NCBI GenBank assembly: GCA_951406725.2
Contig: OX597818.1
Location: forward strand, 124,372,001 to 124,436,000
DNA from: Octopus vulgaris
Taxonomy: Eukaryota
Length of the DNA stretch: 64,000 nt
Direction of reading: 5' to 3'
In this document: positions 25,577 through 39,175 of the stretch, one piece after another
Layout of the letters: each line of letters opens with the position of its first letter
How positions within the stretch are numbered: the first letter of the stretch is position 1
Program-made: the position numbers and the translations under genes
The notes under the pieces: model-generated
The model's database searches: none
What the model was told of the DNA's origin: nothing
The model's input: the letters and a program-made list of their open reading frames with translations, nothing else

Positions 25577-25734
25577 TTAGCATTCAGGTTACTCTGTCAA
25601 ATGTAATGTTTATTTATTCACTTTGGTGTGAATTAATCATGCATTATCTTGTAGCTTTGAGATCTGGCCATTTTGAACATAAAACATCTAGAATATTTTA
25701 GCCTGATACAGCTGGTTTAAATGCTAAAGGGTTA
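25577..25734. mobile_element. TTAA-type (piggyBac-like) MITE, internally deleted
   Basis: ttagcattcag ... aatgctaaagggttaa; matches 30394-30613. Confidence 0.65.
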
Positions 25735-25816
25735 AAACAATTTCAGTTGGGGTTAAAACATAGATTTCCAAAGCCTCACCTTTTTTACATTTTGTTAGAG
25801 TTTTTATGAATAATTA

Positions 25817-26232
25817 CTCCTTTACTCTTTTACTTGTTTCAGTCATTTGACTGCGGTCATGCTGGAGCACCGCCTTTAATCGAGCAACTTGACCCCGGGA
25901 CTTATTCTTTGTAAGCCCAGTACTTATTCTATCGGTCTCTTTTGCCGAACCGCTAAGTTACGGGGACGTAAACACACCAACATCGGTTGTCAAGCAATGC
26001 TAGAGGGACAAACACAGACAAACAAACATATACACACACATACATATATATATATATATACATATATACGACGGGCTTCTTTCAGTTTCCGTCTACCAAA
26101 TCCACTCACAAGGCTTTGGTCGGCCTGAGGCTATAGCAGAAGACACTTGCCCAAGATGCCACACAGTGGGACTGAACCCGGAACCATGTGGTTGGTAAGC
26201 AAGCTACTTACCACAGAGCCACTCCTGCACCT
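25817..26232 (-). mobile_element. Full-length SINE-A
   Basis: Matches the A consensus. Confidence 0.92.
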
Positions 26233-26451
26233 ATTATCTTTTATAATGTAATAGATTTAGCAGCATGAAAATTTATTTGAAATGCTGCCTCTTAACTTCA
26301 GTGTGGTCCTTCCAAAATGAAAAAAAAGTCCTTCAGAACTATACTGTTCCTTTACAAATATCACCATTGTGTCAATCTAAGAAATTATTGTGATTTCTTA
26401 TATAGATCTGCAAATAAATTACATTTATTGAAGGTAAAAGAGTTGTGATAT

Positions 26452-26453
<2 letters not shown>

Positions 26454-26483
<30 letters not shown>

Positions 26484-26640
26484 TTAGCATCCACTTTCCA
26501 TGCTAGCATGGGTTGGACGGTTCAACTGGGGTCTGTGAAGCTGGAAGGCTTCGTCAGGCCTAGTCAGATCTGGCAGTGTTTCTACGGCTGGATGCCCTTC
26601 CTAATGCCAACCACTCCGTGAGTGTAGTGGGTGCTTTTTA
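26454..26640 (-). mobile_element. Family D, truncated
   Basis: Near-identical to 16047-16206. Confidence 0.85.
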
Positions 26641-27459
26641 ATATTTTGATCTCAAATCTTTACATGAGAAGTTATAAGTAATGTGTGGAAGCTGGACTAC
26701 ATATAAAACTATAGTTCTGTCAGAATTTACTGATGACCTTGTACTAAAGTCTCATATGAAGCTGAAAAGATTTTACTGTTGTGGTTGTGCAGCCCCAAGT
26801 CAGCCCTGAACCAGTGCATCTTTGGCAGTCCTGATGCAGCAGATCTATAGCTCAGCTTGGCATGACCTACATCAAGCTGAGATCCATAATCCATATTGCA
26901 TATTGCATGCTCTGACATGCAATGATGAATTGTGTTTGAAGTTCAGTGTGACAGCCTGGACATATATTTCCATAAATTTGTTGTTGTTGCTGCTGTTGTT
27001 GTTGTTGTTGTTGTACTCAATCAATGCACAATCTCGTAGTTATTTCTCTGCACTTAGCATTTTAGATGGCGTACATTACAGCATTGCATTTGGAGCGAAT
27101 AAAATTATTGATATTGTCCCTTTTTCTGTCCTTCATCATCATCATCATTTTTAACATTCACTGTTCCATACTTGCTTGGGTTGGATGGAATTTTTTTCGA
27201 GGCAGGTTTTCTGCAGCTGGATACCCTTCCTGTCTGTCTTCGACCCTCACCTGTTTCCAAGCAAGGTAATGCTTCCCTATGGCCAGACATGTCCTTGCAG
27301 AATATTGGAAATAAATGACACTACTTGTATGACAGTAACAATCATTTAACAACTGTCGTGCAATGTCAAGACCAGGAGAAACAAACAGGCACACACTCAC
27401 ACACTCGCACTCACACTTTCAGATTCACACTCATGCTCATATTCATACACCCATATATT

Positions 27460-27932
27460 TGGCATTTGCCATATCCTGAACACCTTACTTTCCTGGGCAT
27501 GGACACATTGAAACTCCGATGTCTGGCAGCTGACTTGGCAGACACCCATAAAATTAACCATCTTACAAGCAATTACTCTGAGCACCTTTTTAAACTCCAC
27601 CCATCTAACACCCGTTGACATATTTACAAAGTCAGAAAACAGCACAGCTCCCATGACTTCAGGAAACATTTTTTCACGCTGAGAGTTGCTGAAGCATGGA
27701 ACAAACTGCCGGCATCAGTTGTTAGTTGTCGGAGCACTGCATCCTTCAAAACTTCCATGCTTCCTGAGATTTGCCAACACTACACCTGATTTTCTCCCCT
27801 CCATACACATACAAGCATGAATCTGACTCATACATTGTTTGCTTTCCAGACATTTGTACATTACTGCATATACTCTGAAAAGTTGTGGTTCACCTGAGCA
27901 CTGTATACGATAATTTCATTATTATATTATTA
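27460..27932 (+). mobile_element. CR1-clade LINE 3' end, nested in an A-head/RTE-tail SINE (27135-28160, minus strand)
   Basis: HLPYPEHLTFLGMDTLKLRCLAADL...FRKHFFTLRVAEAWNKLPASVV (CR1 RV...WN.LP motif); UTR ending (att)n. Confidence 0.8.
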
Positions 27933-27974
27933 TACATACATACACACATACACACACCCTCAGACACACATTCA

Positions 27975-28007
<33 letters not shown>

Positions 28008-28199
28008 GGCTTCTTTCACTTCTCATTTTCCAGATCCACCCACAAGGCTTTGATCGGCCTGGGGCAATCATAGAAGACACTTGCCCAAGGTACCATGCAG
28101 TTGGATTGAACTCAAAACCATGCTTTTCAAAAACATACTTTTCAACCACACAACCACGCCTATCTTGTTCCATGTTTGTCTGGCCTAAGTAAGAGAGAT

Positions 28200-28585
28200 G
28201 GGATGGAAGCACTCCGTCGGTTACGACGATGAGGGTTCCGGTTGATCCGAATCAATGGAACAGCCTGCTCGTGAAATTAACGTGTAAGTGGCTGAGCATT
28301 CCACAGACACGTGCACCCTTAACGTAGTTCTCGGGGATATTCAGCGTGACACAGAGAGTGACAAGGCCGGCCCCTTGAAATACAGGTACAACAGAAACAG
28401 GAAGTAAGAGTGAGAGAAAGTTGTGGTGAAAGAGTACAGCAGGGATCATCACCATCCCTGCCAGAGCCTCATGGAGCTTTAGGTGTTTTCGCTCAATAAA
28501 CACTCACAACGCCCAGTCTGGGAATCGAAACTGCGATCCTATGACCGCGAGTCCATTGCCCTAACCACTGGGCCATTGTGCCTCC
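28200..28585 (-). mobile_element. Full-length SINE-C
   Basis: Reverse match to 5203-5592; TSD gtaagagagat (28189-28199 and 28589-28599). Confidence 0.92.
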
Positions 28586-29106
28586 ACTGTAAGAGAGATA
28601 GCATACTCAGTATGTTGTTTTACTAGTGTCCAGGAGAGTTATATAATGTATCTAGGTGTTTAGAGGGGATTTTCCATGCTGTGGCTGGGACTGTGATGGC
28701 TGATCAAACAAGACATTAATCTGATTTTAATTTGTTCAGTATGTTCTCTTTAACTTTGTTGTATTGTGTTTTTCTTGACCTATTTAGCATTCTACCTCAC
28801 ATATGTAACGATGGCAAGCAGCTTATAATTCTCCATCACTGCATGTGGAGAAAAGATACTTAAGTGTTTTGTTAAGGATTTTCTAAATGCTATTTAAGAT
28901 GTATTAGTACATTTTGAAGAGGAACTACAAACGTAGTGCAAATCTTTCACTTAGACCTCCTCAGAATTTTATTTGTATATAATCCCCTTTGAAAATGTTT
29001 CCTGGGTTAACCCTATAACATTCAGATTTCTTTGTCAAATATATTGCTTATTTATTCACATTGTTTTGAATTAATCACACGTTATTTTGTAGCTTTGTGT
29101 GTTTAC

Positions 29107-29347
29107 ACTTTTACTCTTTTACTTGTTTCAGTCATTTGACTGCGGCCATGCTGGAGCACCGCCTTTAATCGAGCAATTTGACCCCGGGACTTATTCTTTT
29201 GTAAGCCCAGTACTTATTCTATCAGTCTCTTTTGCCGAACCGCTAAGTAATGGGGACATAAACACACCAGCATCGGTTGTCAAGCGATGCTAGGGGGACA
29301 AACACAGACACCATGTGGTTGGTTAGCAAGCTACTTACCACACAGCT
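29107..29347 (-). mobile_element. SINE-A with a large internal deletion
   Basis: acacagaca is joined directly to ccatgtggttgg. Confidence 0.85.
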
Positions 29348-29669
29348 AGTATATTTCTAGAATAATATTGTAGGGTAGGTGCATATTTTTAGTGTAGGTG
29401 TACATATTCACTTACATATATAAAACTATTCACACAAACATTTTGAGCAGTAAACTTCACTGATGATAAAATTATATAGTAATGCCTTGTCTTCCACCTC
29501 ATGTATACACAGGCATATACACACCATCACCATGACAACCAATAATAAAGATATTATCATCACCACATTTTGCTATTTATTTTATATCTCATTTTTGCCA
29601 TTTGTCTCAGATAATCTTGCTTGTATATGTGTACACACATGCATATATATATATATATATATATATATT

Positions 29670-30378
29670 CTTTTACTTTCTTTTTACTTCTTTCAGTCAT
29701 TTGACTATGGCCATTGGGACACTACCTTAAAGGTTTTTTTAGTCAAAGAAATTGACCCCAGGACTTATTCTTTGTAAGCCTGGCATTTATTCTATCAGTC
29801 TCTTTTGGTGAACTGCTAAGTTATGGAGACGTAAACACACCAACATCAGTTGTCAAGCGATTATATATATATATATATATATATATACACGACAAGCTTC
29901 TTTCAGTTTCTGTCTACCAAATCCACTCACAAGGCTTTGGTCGGCCCAAGGATATAGTAGAAGATACTTCCCCAAGGTGCCACGCAGTATATTTTTACTT
30001 GTTTCAGTCATCAGACTGCAGCTATACTGGGACACTGCCTTGAAGAAGAACTTTTAGTCGAATAAATCAACTCCAGTACTGTTTAATTTTTTTACTTTTT
30101 AAGCTTGGTACTTAATTGATTGGTCTCTTTTACCAAACGACTACAGGGCCATAGCCACACCAACACTGGTTGTCAAACAGTGATGTGGGACAAACAAAGA
30201 CACACACACACATACAACAGTCTTCTTTCAGTTTCCGTCTACCAAATCTACTTGCAAAGCTTTGGTCAGCCTGAGGCTATAGTAGAAAACACTTGCCCAA
30301 GGTGCCATGCAGTGGGACTGAACCCGGAACCATGTGGTTAGGAAGCAAACTTCTTCCCACACAGCTACATCTGTTCCT
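29670..30378 (-). mobile_element. Two adjacent older SINE-A copies
   Basis: Two cttgtttcagtcat-like tails and two ctaccaaatc heads. Confidence 0.8.
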
Positions 30379-30393
30379 ATAAATATATTTTAA

Positions 30394-30613
30394 CCCTTTA
30401 GCATTCAGATTATTCTGTCAAATATATTGCTTATTTATTCACATTGTTTTGAATTTGTCATGCATTATCCCATAGCTTCAATATTGCAATGATGTGATTG
30501 TATATTTTTAGAATGACATTGTAGAGTAGGTGTGAGAGGTTGGATCTGGTCAGTTTTAAGTTAAAACAGGCAGAATATTTTGGCCGGACATGGTCAGTCT
30601 CAATGCTAAAGGT
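30394..30613. mobile_element. piggyBac-like MITE
   Basis: ttaa-ccctttagcatt ... aatgctaaaggt-ttaa; partial copy at ~29007-29098. Confidence 0.8.
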
Positions 30614-31248
30614 TTAATATGTTTTTGCTAATTTTCTACAGTTAGTGATTGATAGGTCAATTATGTATTATGTGCTTTCATAAAAATAAAAATAAATAAT
30701 TATGATGATGATGTTAATAATAGCAATAATAATAATAGAAGGCATAGTATATTCATGTATTATTGACAAAGATCAATAAAAGTAATTGACTCACAAGATT
30801 CCTGTGAAACACCAAATAAATAAATAAATGTGTCCATTGACAGTTGACATCCATTTTGAGATTCTCTGCTCTCTTACCTATTATTCCTAAAGAATCAGTT
30901 CTTGTATTACTCAGAGAGCCATGCTAATTGCTTTCCTTTTACAAATTTTCTAGTTTCTTTGTGTATTTCTCCCAGTGGAATACCTTATTGAAAAGAACCT
31001 CATGTATCTGTCTTATATTTATGTGTAATCTACATATATGCATGTATGGGTTAGGCTGCCAGGCATATTCTGCAAGGGTTGACTTGCAAAACTTCTCTGC
31101 AGTGATGACAAAATAAGTGTCATTCCAATCCCACCATTTAATATCGGCCGAAGATGGAAAAACATTGTATAATGCTATCAATTGGAATCACAACCTGGCT
31201 GGCCCCTTTTATCACAATATGTTCTAAAATATTAGTATTCTTTCACAT

Positions 31249-31658
31249 AGGTGCAGGAGTGGCTGTGTGGTAAGTAGCTTGCTTACCAACCACATGGTTC
31301 CGGGTTCAGTCCCACTGCGTGGCATCTTGGGCAAGTGTCTTCTGCTATAGCCCCAGGGCCGACCAATGCCTTGTGAGTGGATTTGGTAGACGGAAACTGA
31401 AAGAAGCCTGTCGTATATATATGTATATATATATATATGTATGTGTGTGTTTGTGTGTCTGTGTTTGTCCCCCTAGCATTGCTTGACAACCGATGCTGGT
31501 GTGTTTACGTCCCCGTCACTTAGCGGTTCGGCAAAAGAGACCGATAGAATATGTACTGGACTTACAAAGAATAAGTCCCGGGGTCAATTTGCTCGACTAA
31601 AGGCGGTGCTCCAGCATGGCCGCAGTCAAATGATTGAAACAAGTAAAAGAGTAAAAGA
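31249..31658 (+). mobile_element. Full-length SINE-A
   Basis: A box tggctgtgtggt, B box ggttcagtccc, tail aagtaaaagagtaaaagag. Confidence 0.92.
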
Positions 31659-32494
31659 GGCCTACTTCAAATTTTCTTCTCAACTTCAGATTTTCTCAAA
31701 ATTAAGTCAGTTTTTTTCATCTTCAGCAATATATAAACATATAATAATTTAAGTTCTCATTGCTCAAACTTGCTAAAATTTTCACACAATGGATAACTAC
31801 ATATGAAGGATAATGAATAAGAGAAATAAATTTTTTTCACTTTGACAAATAATGATGTATGCCACTAGAAATGCTGAAAAAATAGCTGAACTTCTTTTCT
31901 TCAGCATTTGAAGATGGCTGAAAACTCAAAACTGCCCGAGTATATATTGGCAAACGGCATACTACACTGCAGTTTGTGTACAGTGCTTTCAGTAAAAGTA
32001 GGAAAAAATACTGTTTCCCCATGTATGGCCATACAGCATGGGTTAAAAGGTCACAAGTTTGCCTAAATGAGCCAGCACTACTCTCCAATCATAAACTTAA
32101 CGTCTGACCTCATAACTTTCTCGAGTAGAGAGAACCACTGTTTTTTATTGTATGATAGGAATGCCAGGGAAAAACCCATTAATTTGATACCAAAAATATA
32201 GGAGTAGTCTTGAAATTTAGACCTCAAAATTTGATTTTACTTTAAGTCACAAAAACACATATTTTAATGCATTACATGGGTTCGGGAGGACTTTTTGGCA
32301 ATTAATCTTAAGTAATTAACAGCAACTATGAGAAGATCATCAGTTGTGTTTAAATATTTGATTATTGATGTCTAAGCATGCTACATGTGAATTTTGAAGT
32401 CAGTTGGTGCATTCTTTAAGAAGTTACAACTGTTTAAAGTGAAAAAAACCATGACTGGGTACCCTGATTGTGCTATATATGTATAATAATTGTT

Positions 32495-32860
32495 TCATAT
32501 TCTGAGATAAAACCAGCAATTTTAGGATGAAGAATATATTGATTATATCAACCCCAGTATTTGACTGTTACTTTATTTTATTGACCCTGAAGGAATGAAT
32601 GACAAAGTTTGAACTCAGAATGTAAAGAGCCTTAAGTATAATTATCCTTCCTACTATAGGCACAAAACCTGAAATTTGGGGGAGGAGGACTAATCAATTA
32701 CACCAACTCCAGTGCTCAACTGGTACTTATTTTATCAACCCTGAAAGGATGAAAGGCAAAGTCAACCTCAGCAGAATTTGAACTCAGAATGTAAAGATGG
32801 ACCAAATGCTGAATAAGCATTTTGCTAGTATACTAATGATTCTGCTAGCTGGCCACCTTA
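32495..32860 (-). mobile_element. Two old SINE-B copies
   Basis: ggatgaaaggcaaagtcaacctc...gaactcagaatgt. Confidence 0.75.
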
Positions 32861-33287
32861 GCTAGAAATATAATGAGATCAAAACATGTGCAATTTTATC
32901 ACCATATTGCCAAAAACTAAGATTCTCTAATTTCCCTGTGGTATTCAACCTTTAATTAATTTAAATTTCAGGATCATCTCCCCTGACTTCCTTGGGCAGA
33001 AATTATCATTGAGATATTGATTTTTTTTTTTATTCCTCATCTCTCTTAGTGTACTTTTAATTACATTTTCTTTGTTTACTACATCAAGTATGTCAATACT
33101 TGCTTTAGTAGTTGTCTTACATCATTCAGATAAACTAGAGCAAATAGTCATGAACCGTGGTAGTGCAACACAATGGCTGTACTAATTGATTTGCATCATG
33201 AAATAAAGATTTGTAATATATTATGGCTGTAATACTGTTTAGATATGAACTCAAGTCGATAACCTAGCACCTGAAATTTACAACATC

Positions 33288-33860
33288 TACAAAGTGTGCA
33301 GAATAAATTTGATAGTTTGCATAAAAAGAAAAGAAAACATAATATCCCATTCAAAAATAGAAGTATTATAAAAAATCAAAAAATATTAATTAGATTATGG
33401 CTGGTTTATTCAAAGTAGCCACCTTCAGCTTCCACAACAGCCTCGGACAGTTCTGGAACCTGATGCATGTATTCCTCAGTGCTATCCTGGGAAGATCTTT
33501 GAACAACTCCTTGATCTTGGCCACTAAGTTTGGCCTTGCTGTTGCAGGCAGAGTGGTTGGTGTCTTTCTCAACAATGCCCTACACATAGTATTCCATTGG
33601 ATTACAATCAGAGGAATTAGGAGACCAAAAATTGGGGCTGGTGAAGTCTTATAAATTCACTGACAACCTCTTTCCAGTAGTATGACAAAGAGCTGAATCT
33701 TGTTGCCACATATGGCCTTCTAGCAGCAACCATCTCCATTCAGGGTTCAACTATAGTCTCCAGCAGGTTCACATAGCTGTCCGAATTGAGCCTAAGGCCT
33801 TATTCCTCAGTTTGTGGATGAATTCCAGCATGCAAACACAGTCAGCACACCTGCTGGCTC
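33288..33860 (-). mobile_element. maT/mariner-like transposase remnant with terminus
   Basis: Minus strand PNFWSPNSSDCNPMEYYV*GIVEK; terminus ta-caaagtgtgcagaataaa. Confidence 0.7.
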
Positions 33861-34879
33861 CCTTCCTGCTGGTCACTGCTTCAGTGTTTTCATTACAGCT
33901 TTTTCAGTGTTCACAGAGGACTGAGCAGCAGACACGTTAGCATATTGATATCCAGTGCGAACCATCATGGTATCGGTAACTCTTTTCCAATATCTACATG
34001 GCTTCCAGTCTTCCATGTCAGCTAACTTTTTCTCAACTACAACTTCAATCTTTTTTTTCTCAATCTTTATGCTCTCCACTGCCATTGACTATTCACCAAT
34101 ACATCAAGCTGTTTATGGAAAAAGGAAACCCCCCAAAAAAAATCATTAAATATACTTCAAGCGCTCTGTATGACAGTATGACATTTTGCTGCTTTATACT
34201 ATGGGAAACTTTCTGTGGTCACTCAAGCTTAAGTCAGATCATATTATTATTATTAAAGGAAGGTAGTGAGCTAGCAGAATTGTTCACACACCAGAGAAAA
34301 TGCTTAGCACATTCTGAGCTTAAATGTTGCTGAGGTCAACTTTGCCTTTCATCTTTATGGGGCTGATAAAAATAAAGTACCATTCAGGCACTGGGATTGA
34401 TGCAATCAACTAGCCCCCAGTCCCCATCTCCTCATGATGTTTCAAGCCTTGTGCATATACTAGAAAGAATATTTTTTTATAAAAGGGTGCATTAGATAAT
34501 GTAATTACAAAAATAAAAGGACAGTCATAGCTGGAATATCTTTGATCGAAAGGCAACTCAGTTAGGACTGACCCAGAGCTAAACAATAATATTAAGCTGT
34601 AATATATATTTGACCACATAATACTGAATGCCATTATACCATGATATGCTGTGTGCTATACAAACCCTGTACTATACCACATTGTACTAAAGGACCCTAT
34701 ACTGCACTTTGTATATCACATAGTAGTATTATATAACTTACTGGAAAAACACAGGAATCTCTTAAAAGAATCCTAATAGTATTAATTCAATGATTTCTGT
34801 TTGAGGTAAGATGAAATCGAATAGGAAATCAAGAAATCAAGACTGATGTCTGTGAGAACAAAAGAGAAAGTTATTGATT

Positions 34880-34907
34880 TCACATTACATATGTGTGTGT
34901 GTGTGTG

Positions 34908-34968
<61 letters not shown>

Positions 34969-35023
34969 CATATGTGTGTGCGTGTGTATACATATATATA
35001 TATATATATACATATGTGTGTGC

Positions 35024-35056
<33 letters not shown>
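34880..35056. repeat. Compound (GT)/(TA) microsatellite with internal duplication
   Basis: catatgtgtgtgcgtgt block is repeated. Confidence 0.9.
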
Positions 35057-35057
<1 letters not shown>

Positions 35058-36236
35058 TGTTTCTGTATGTATATGTGCATGTATATGAAGAGTCTGTGTT
35101 CTGTCAAGCTGCAGTCAAGAGGTGTAAATACTATTCACTAATCGCCACTTGGCTGGCTGGCTGGCTGTGTTATGTTATTTACTGATAATTATATAGTAAG
35201 ACCATCACCGTCATCATCATCATCATTACTATCATCATCACCGTACCAACAACAAGATCAACAACAGCAATAGCAATAATAATAATAACAACAACAACAA
35301 CAACAACAACAAAGTGAATAAAAATAAAAAGGAAAAAGAAAAATGGCTAGGACTGTATTGATTCTTCTACACAACCAAATTTATCACTGATATAAAGGGG
35401 AAGAAAAAAATCTATATCCTGCTGCATATTGTTCCAGTTTCAAACTGCTGCACTTTGCAGTCAATAATAGCCTAATTTCTCCATGATTTTTGTTGTTGGT
35501 CAGGTGATTATGTTGAACAAATCTCATTTGGGTGTGATTAAATTTCAACAGAATGCATGGGAATCAATCAGTCAACTTCTACAAGAATGTTTTTCCTTAC
35601 CTGTGTTTCCCCACCCACCTTTTATGTGTGCATTTCCCCCCCCCCACCTCCTTTAGTAAGTGAAGGGATAGTCTCTGTTCATGTTATTAGTGTTTCGTGA
35701 GTTATCTAAGAGTTGTCGTCAGTGAAGGATAATTATAAATTTTATGCTGATGAAAAGAAAACTTTTAGCATTGTGATTGGCATATCAAAGACTATTTCAT
35801 TTAATTGGCAGTAAAAAAAATAAATAAGCAAATAAATACATAAGTAAACAAATAAATAAATACATAAATAAATGAGTAAATAAATAAATGAAATTAAATA
35901 AATCTCCATTGCTGATATCATAAGTATTTAGCCATAAGAATTTAGAAACTTTGAGAGAACGTGAAATAATTCTTTTTCGGAATGGTACAACTTGAAGCAG
36001 ATAAAGCAATAAATAGTCCTTTCTGCTAAAGGCACAATGCCTGAAATTTCGTGGGAAGGGGGACTAGTCAATTACATTGACCCCAGTGCTCAGCTGGTAC
36101 TTATTTCATTGATCCTGAAAAAAGGATAAGCAAAGTCAATTTCAGCAGCATTTAAACTTGGAACATAAAACAGAAGAAATGCAAAACTGCATTTTGTCTA
36201 GCATGCTAATGATTCTGCCAGTTCATTGCCTTAGAT

Positions 36237-36587
36237 CAGTGGTTCTCAACCGGGTTCCATACGGCCCTGAGGGTCCATATAAGATTTTTGGGGGTCCGCA
36301 CAGCAAAATAGTAAATCAGCTATCCACAGTAGTATGTTAAGGGCCCCTGAAAAAAATTTTGCTTTCAACATATGTATTTGTATGTATTGCTAGAAACAGC
36401 TAGGCTTCTTTCTCTAACATTTTACATAGTTCAATCTACACAGGTTAATGTGCAGATAACAAAATAGGAATTTTGAAAGAAATTTCTAGAAAACTAGTTT
36501 TTAAACATCAAATGGCTGGGGTGAGGGACACCAGAATAAAATAGTAATCAGAAAGGTCCACAAATAAAAAATGGTTGTGAACCCTTG
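36237..36587. mobile_element. hAT MITE
   Basis: cagtggttctcaacc ... ggttgtgaacccttg; 8-bp TSD ccttagat (36229-36236 and 36588-36595). Confidence 0.88.
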
Positions 36588-36843
36588 CCTTAGATAAAGC
36601 TGCAAATAATAGCATATAAATATTAGGTTAAAAAAACATTTGGATAGAACATGGGAAGTCTTTGAACTTTTCTACCTGAAGGGTTTTTAACTCAATATTT
36701 ACATGCTATTATTTATAGCTTTATCTGCTTCGAGTTTCACCATTCCAGAGTATAAAATTCTGCTGCCCTACAAGTATGGAATTTATCATTGTCTTTATCA
36801 TCATTATCATCATTTTAATTTTGATGTGTGTGCACTTCTCTTA

Positions 36844-37101
36844 CATCATCATCATCATCATCATCGTTTAGCGTCTGCTTTCCATGCTGGCATGGGTTGG
36901 ACAGTGCAACTGGGGTCTGGGAAGCCAGAAGGCTGCACCAGGCCCAGTCTGATCTGGCAATGTTTCTACAGCTGGATGCCCTTCCTAACGCCAACCACTC
37001 CATGAGTGTAGTGGGTGCTTTTTACGTGCCAGACGAGGCTGGCAAACGGCCACGGTCGGATGGTGCTTTTTACGTGCCACCGGCACGGAAGCCAGGCCAG
37101 G
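36844..37101 (-). mobile_element. Family D
   Basis: Near-identical to 58926-59200. Confidence 0.85.
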
Positions 37102-37487
37102 CTATTCACAAATATACGAGTATATATAGTTCATGAAGTGTGACATGTAAACTATTTACATGCAAGTTGTCATGACCTTTACCGAAGTATTGCCCTAATT
37201 TAAAAAAGGTAAGAAATAATAATACACAAATAAATGCTAGTACACTTGCAAATTTCTTAATATCTTCAAACAAAACAATACGAAGAAATTACTGTAGAAC
37301 ACAAGAGCTTGTTTTTATATTTAGATTATTATAATTATGTGAAATTTAATTTAAATTAATCAAATGTTTTATTTTTTTCATTCTCGTATTTCTGTATTTG
37401 TTCTTTCATCAAAAATTTCTTCCTTTTCTGTTATCTATTTTTAAGATTTATGTGTAAACTTGTATTTTTAATTAGTTAATTAGTAAA

Positions 37488-37718
37488 GGCGGCGGGCTGG
37501 CAGAAACGTTAGCGCGCCGGGCGAAGTGCTTAGCGGTATTTCATCTGTCGTTACGTTCTGAGTTCAAATTCCACCGAGGTCGACTTTGCCTTTCATCCTT
37601 TCGAGGTCGATAAATTAAGTACCAGTTACGCACTGGGATCGATGTAATCGACTTAATCCGTTTGTCTGTCCTTGTTTGTCCCCTCTGTGTTTAGCCCCTT
37701 GTGGGTAGTAAAGAAACA
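37488..37718 (+). mobile_element. Young full-length SINE-B
   Basis: Flanking repeat taattagttaat (37469-37480 and 37719-37730). Confidence 0.9.
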
Positions 37719-37969
37719 TAATTAGTTAATGTAAAGGTTTTATATTTTGTGCTTGGGAACTAAAGAACGTAGACATTTGTCATTTTCCAAGAAGAGAAGG
37801 ATTCTTTCACTTCAGGGCTTTCAAAAAAGAAAGACAGGCATTCCATTAACTATCAGTGACTTCATTCTTCATAACTCTCCTTAACTCTCAGACTTTGATG
37901 CTGCCTATACAGAAACTGAATCTTTTGCTATCTGTATCTGTTATTATCAACTAGTTTCATCTTCTACAT

Positions 37970-38254
37970 CAGTGGTTCCCAAATTTGGTGGTACTGCCCC
38001 CTTGGTGGGGTGGTGGAAAGATTCAGTGGGCATTGAAGAAAAATGAGGCAATAATGGGGTGGCCAAAAAGAGACTGGATGTAAAAAATAAAAAGCAAAAT
38101 AATGAGCTAATTAGGTTAAGTTTTATTTGTGAAATACAGTTGTTCTGAATTTGCTGCAGAAAGTGGTCTATGGTTGCGATGGTCAGTAAGGTGGTGGGGG
38201 TGCGCTAGGAATGTGGCCTGGATGCCAAAGAGGGTGGCAGTCTGCAAATCCCTG
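37970..38254. mobile_element. hAT MITE
   Basis: cagtggttcccaaa ... gcaaatccctg; TSD ttctacat / ctctacat. Confidence 0.8.
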
Positions 38255-38956
38255 CTCTACATGCATTCTTGACTGACATATAGACATTCAAGATGTCCTT
38301 CACCCCTTTCTCTCTGCCACTTATAGCAGACCATAACTGTCTCTGCATGTACCACATTGTCTGACCACTGCCCAACACACATTGACATTAGTCTGGCTGA
38401 TTCTTGGATCCAATAAAAGCTACTGGAATACTCTCCACTCAGTTGCCAAAAGCAGTTGCTGGTTAGCAATGAGGACTGTTTTTGTATCTGGTTTGCAAGA
38501 TTCTTTACGTGAATTCATGTGTTGAAACAAATTTTGTTATGTCTAGAGAGAGTCATTATGCCAATATAATTAACATACACAGTGATTCAAATCCACTCAT
38601 TTATTAAATATCCGATTGTTATGCTTTTGCTTGTCAAAGCTCTTTTTTGCTTCTTGCAACCTTTGCAGTGACCTAGACACAGCAAAATGAGGACTGTTGT
38701 TCTAAGGAAAATTCTTCATCACAAAAATCAAGTGCATTTAGTGTATAAGTGTGCCCACCTATATAATCATAATCCCTAGTAAAAGACTGCCAGACTGTGA
38801 TGCTATATGCTACAAAACAAAAATCAGTGTAACTTTCTAATCTTATAGAAATGGAGGATCCACATTATCTCTTAAGAATTTAGATTTTCCTTCTAAAGCT
38901 GGATTAATTCTTTCAGCATTTCATTTAACTTCTTTTGATTATTTATTCTAACAGAA

Positions 38957-39175
38957 AGGTGGCAAGCTGGCAGAATCGTTAGCATGCTAGGCTAGATGCT
39001 TAACAACATTTTGTTTATCTTTACATTCTGATTTCAAATTCCACCAAGGTCGACTTTGCCTTTCATCCTTTTGGGGGTCAATAAATTAAGTACCAGTCAA
39101 GTACTGGAGTCGATATGATTGACTTACCCCACTCCCCAAAATTTCAAGCCTTATGCTTACACTAGAAAGGATTAT
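38957..39175 (+). mobile_element. Old SINE-B with agaaaggattatt tail
   Basis: B core followed by aatttcaagccttatgc tail. Confidence 0.8.

Noticed and set aside
31675-32465. Possible DNA-transposon remnant
   Set aside because: No TIR pair or TSD could be established
33873-34085. 70-aa charged ORF MAVESIKIEKKK...
   Set aside because: Looks like a frameshifted LINE ORF1-type remnant; no assignable domain or splice support
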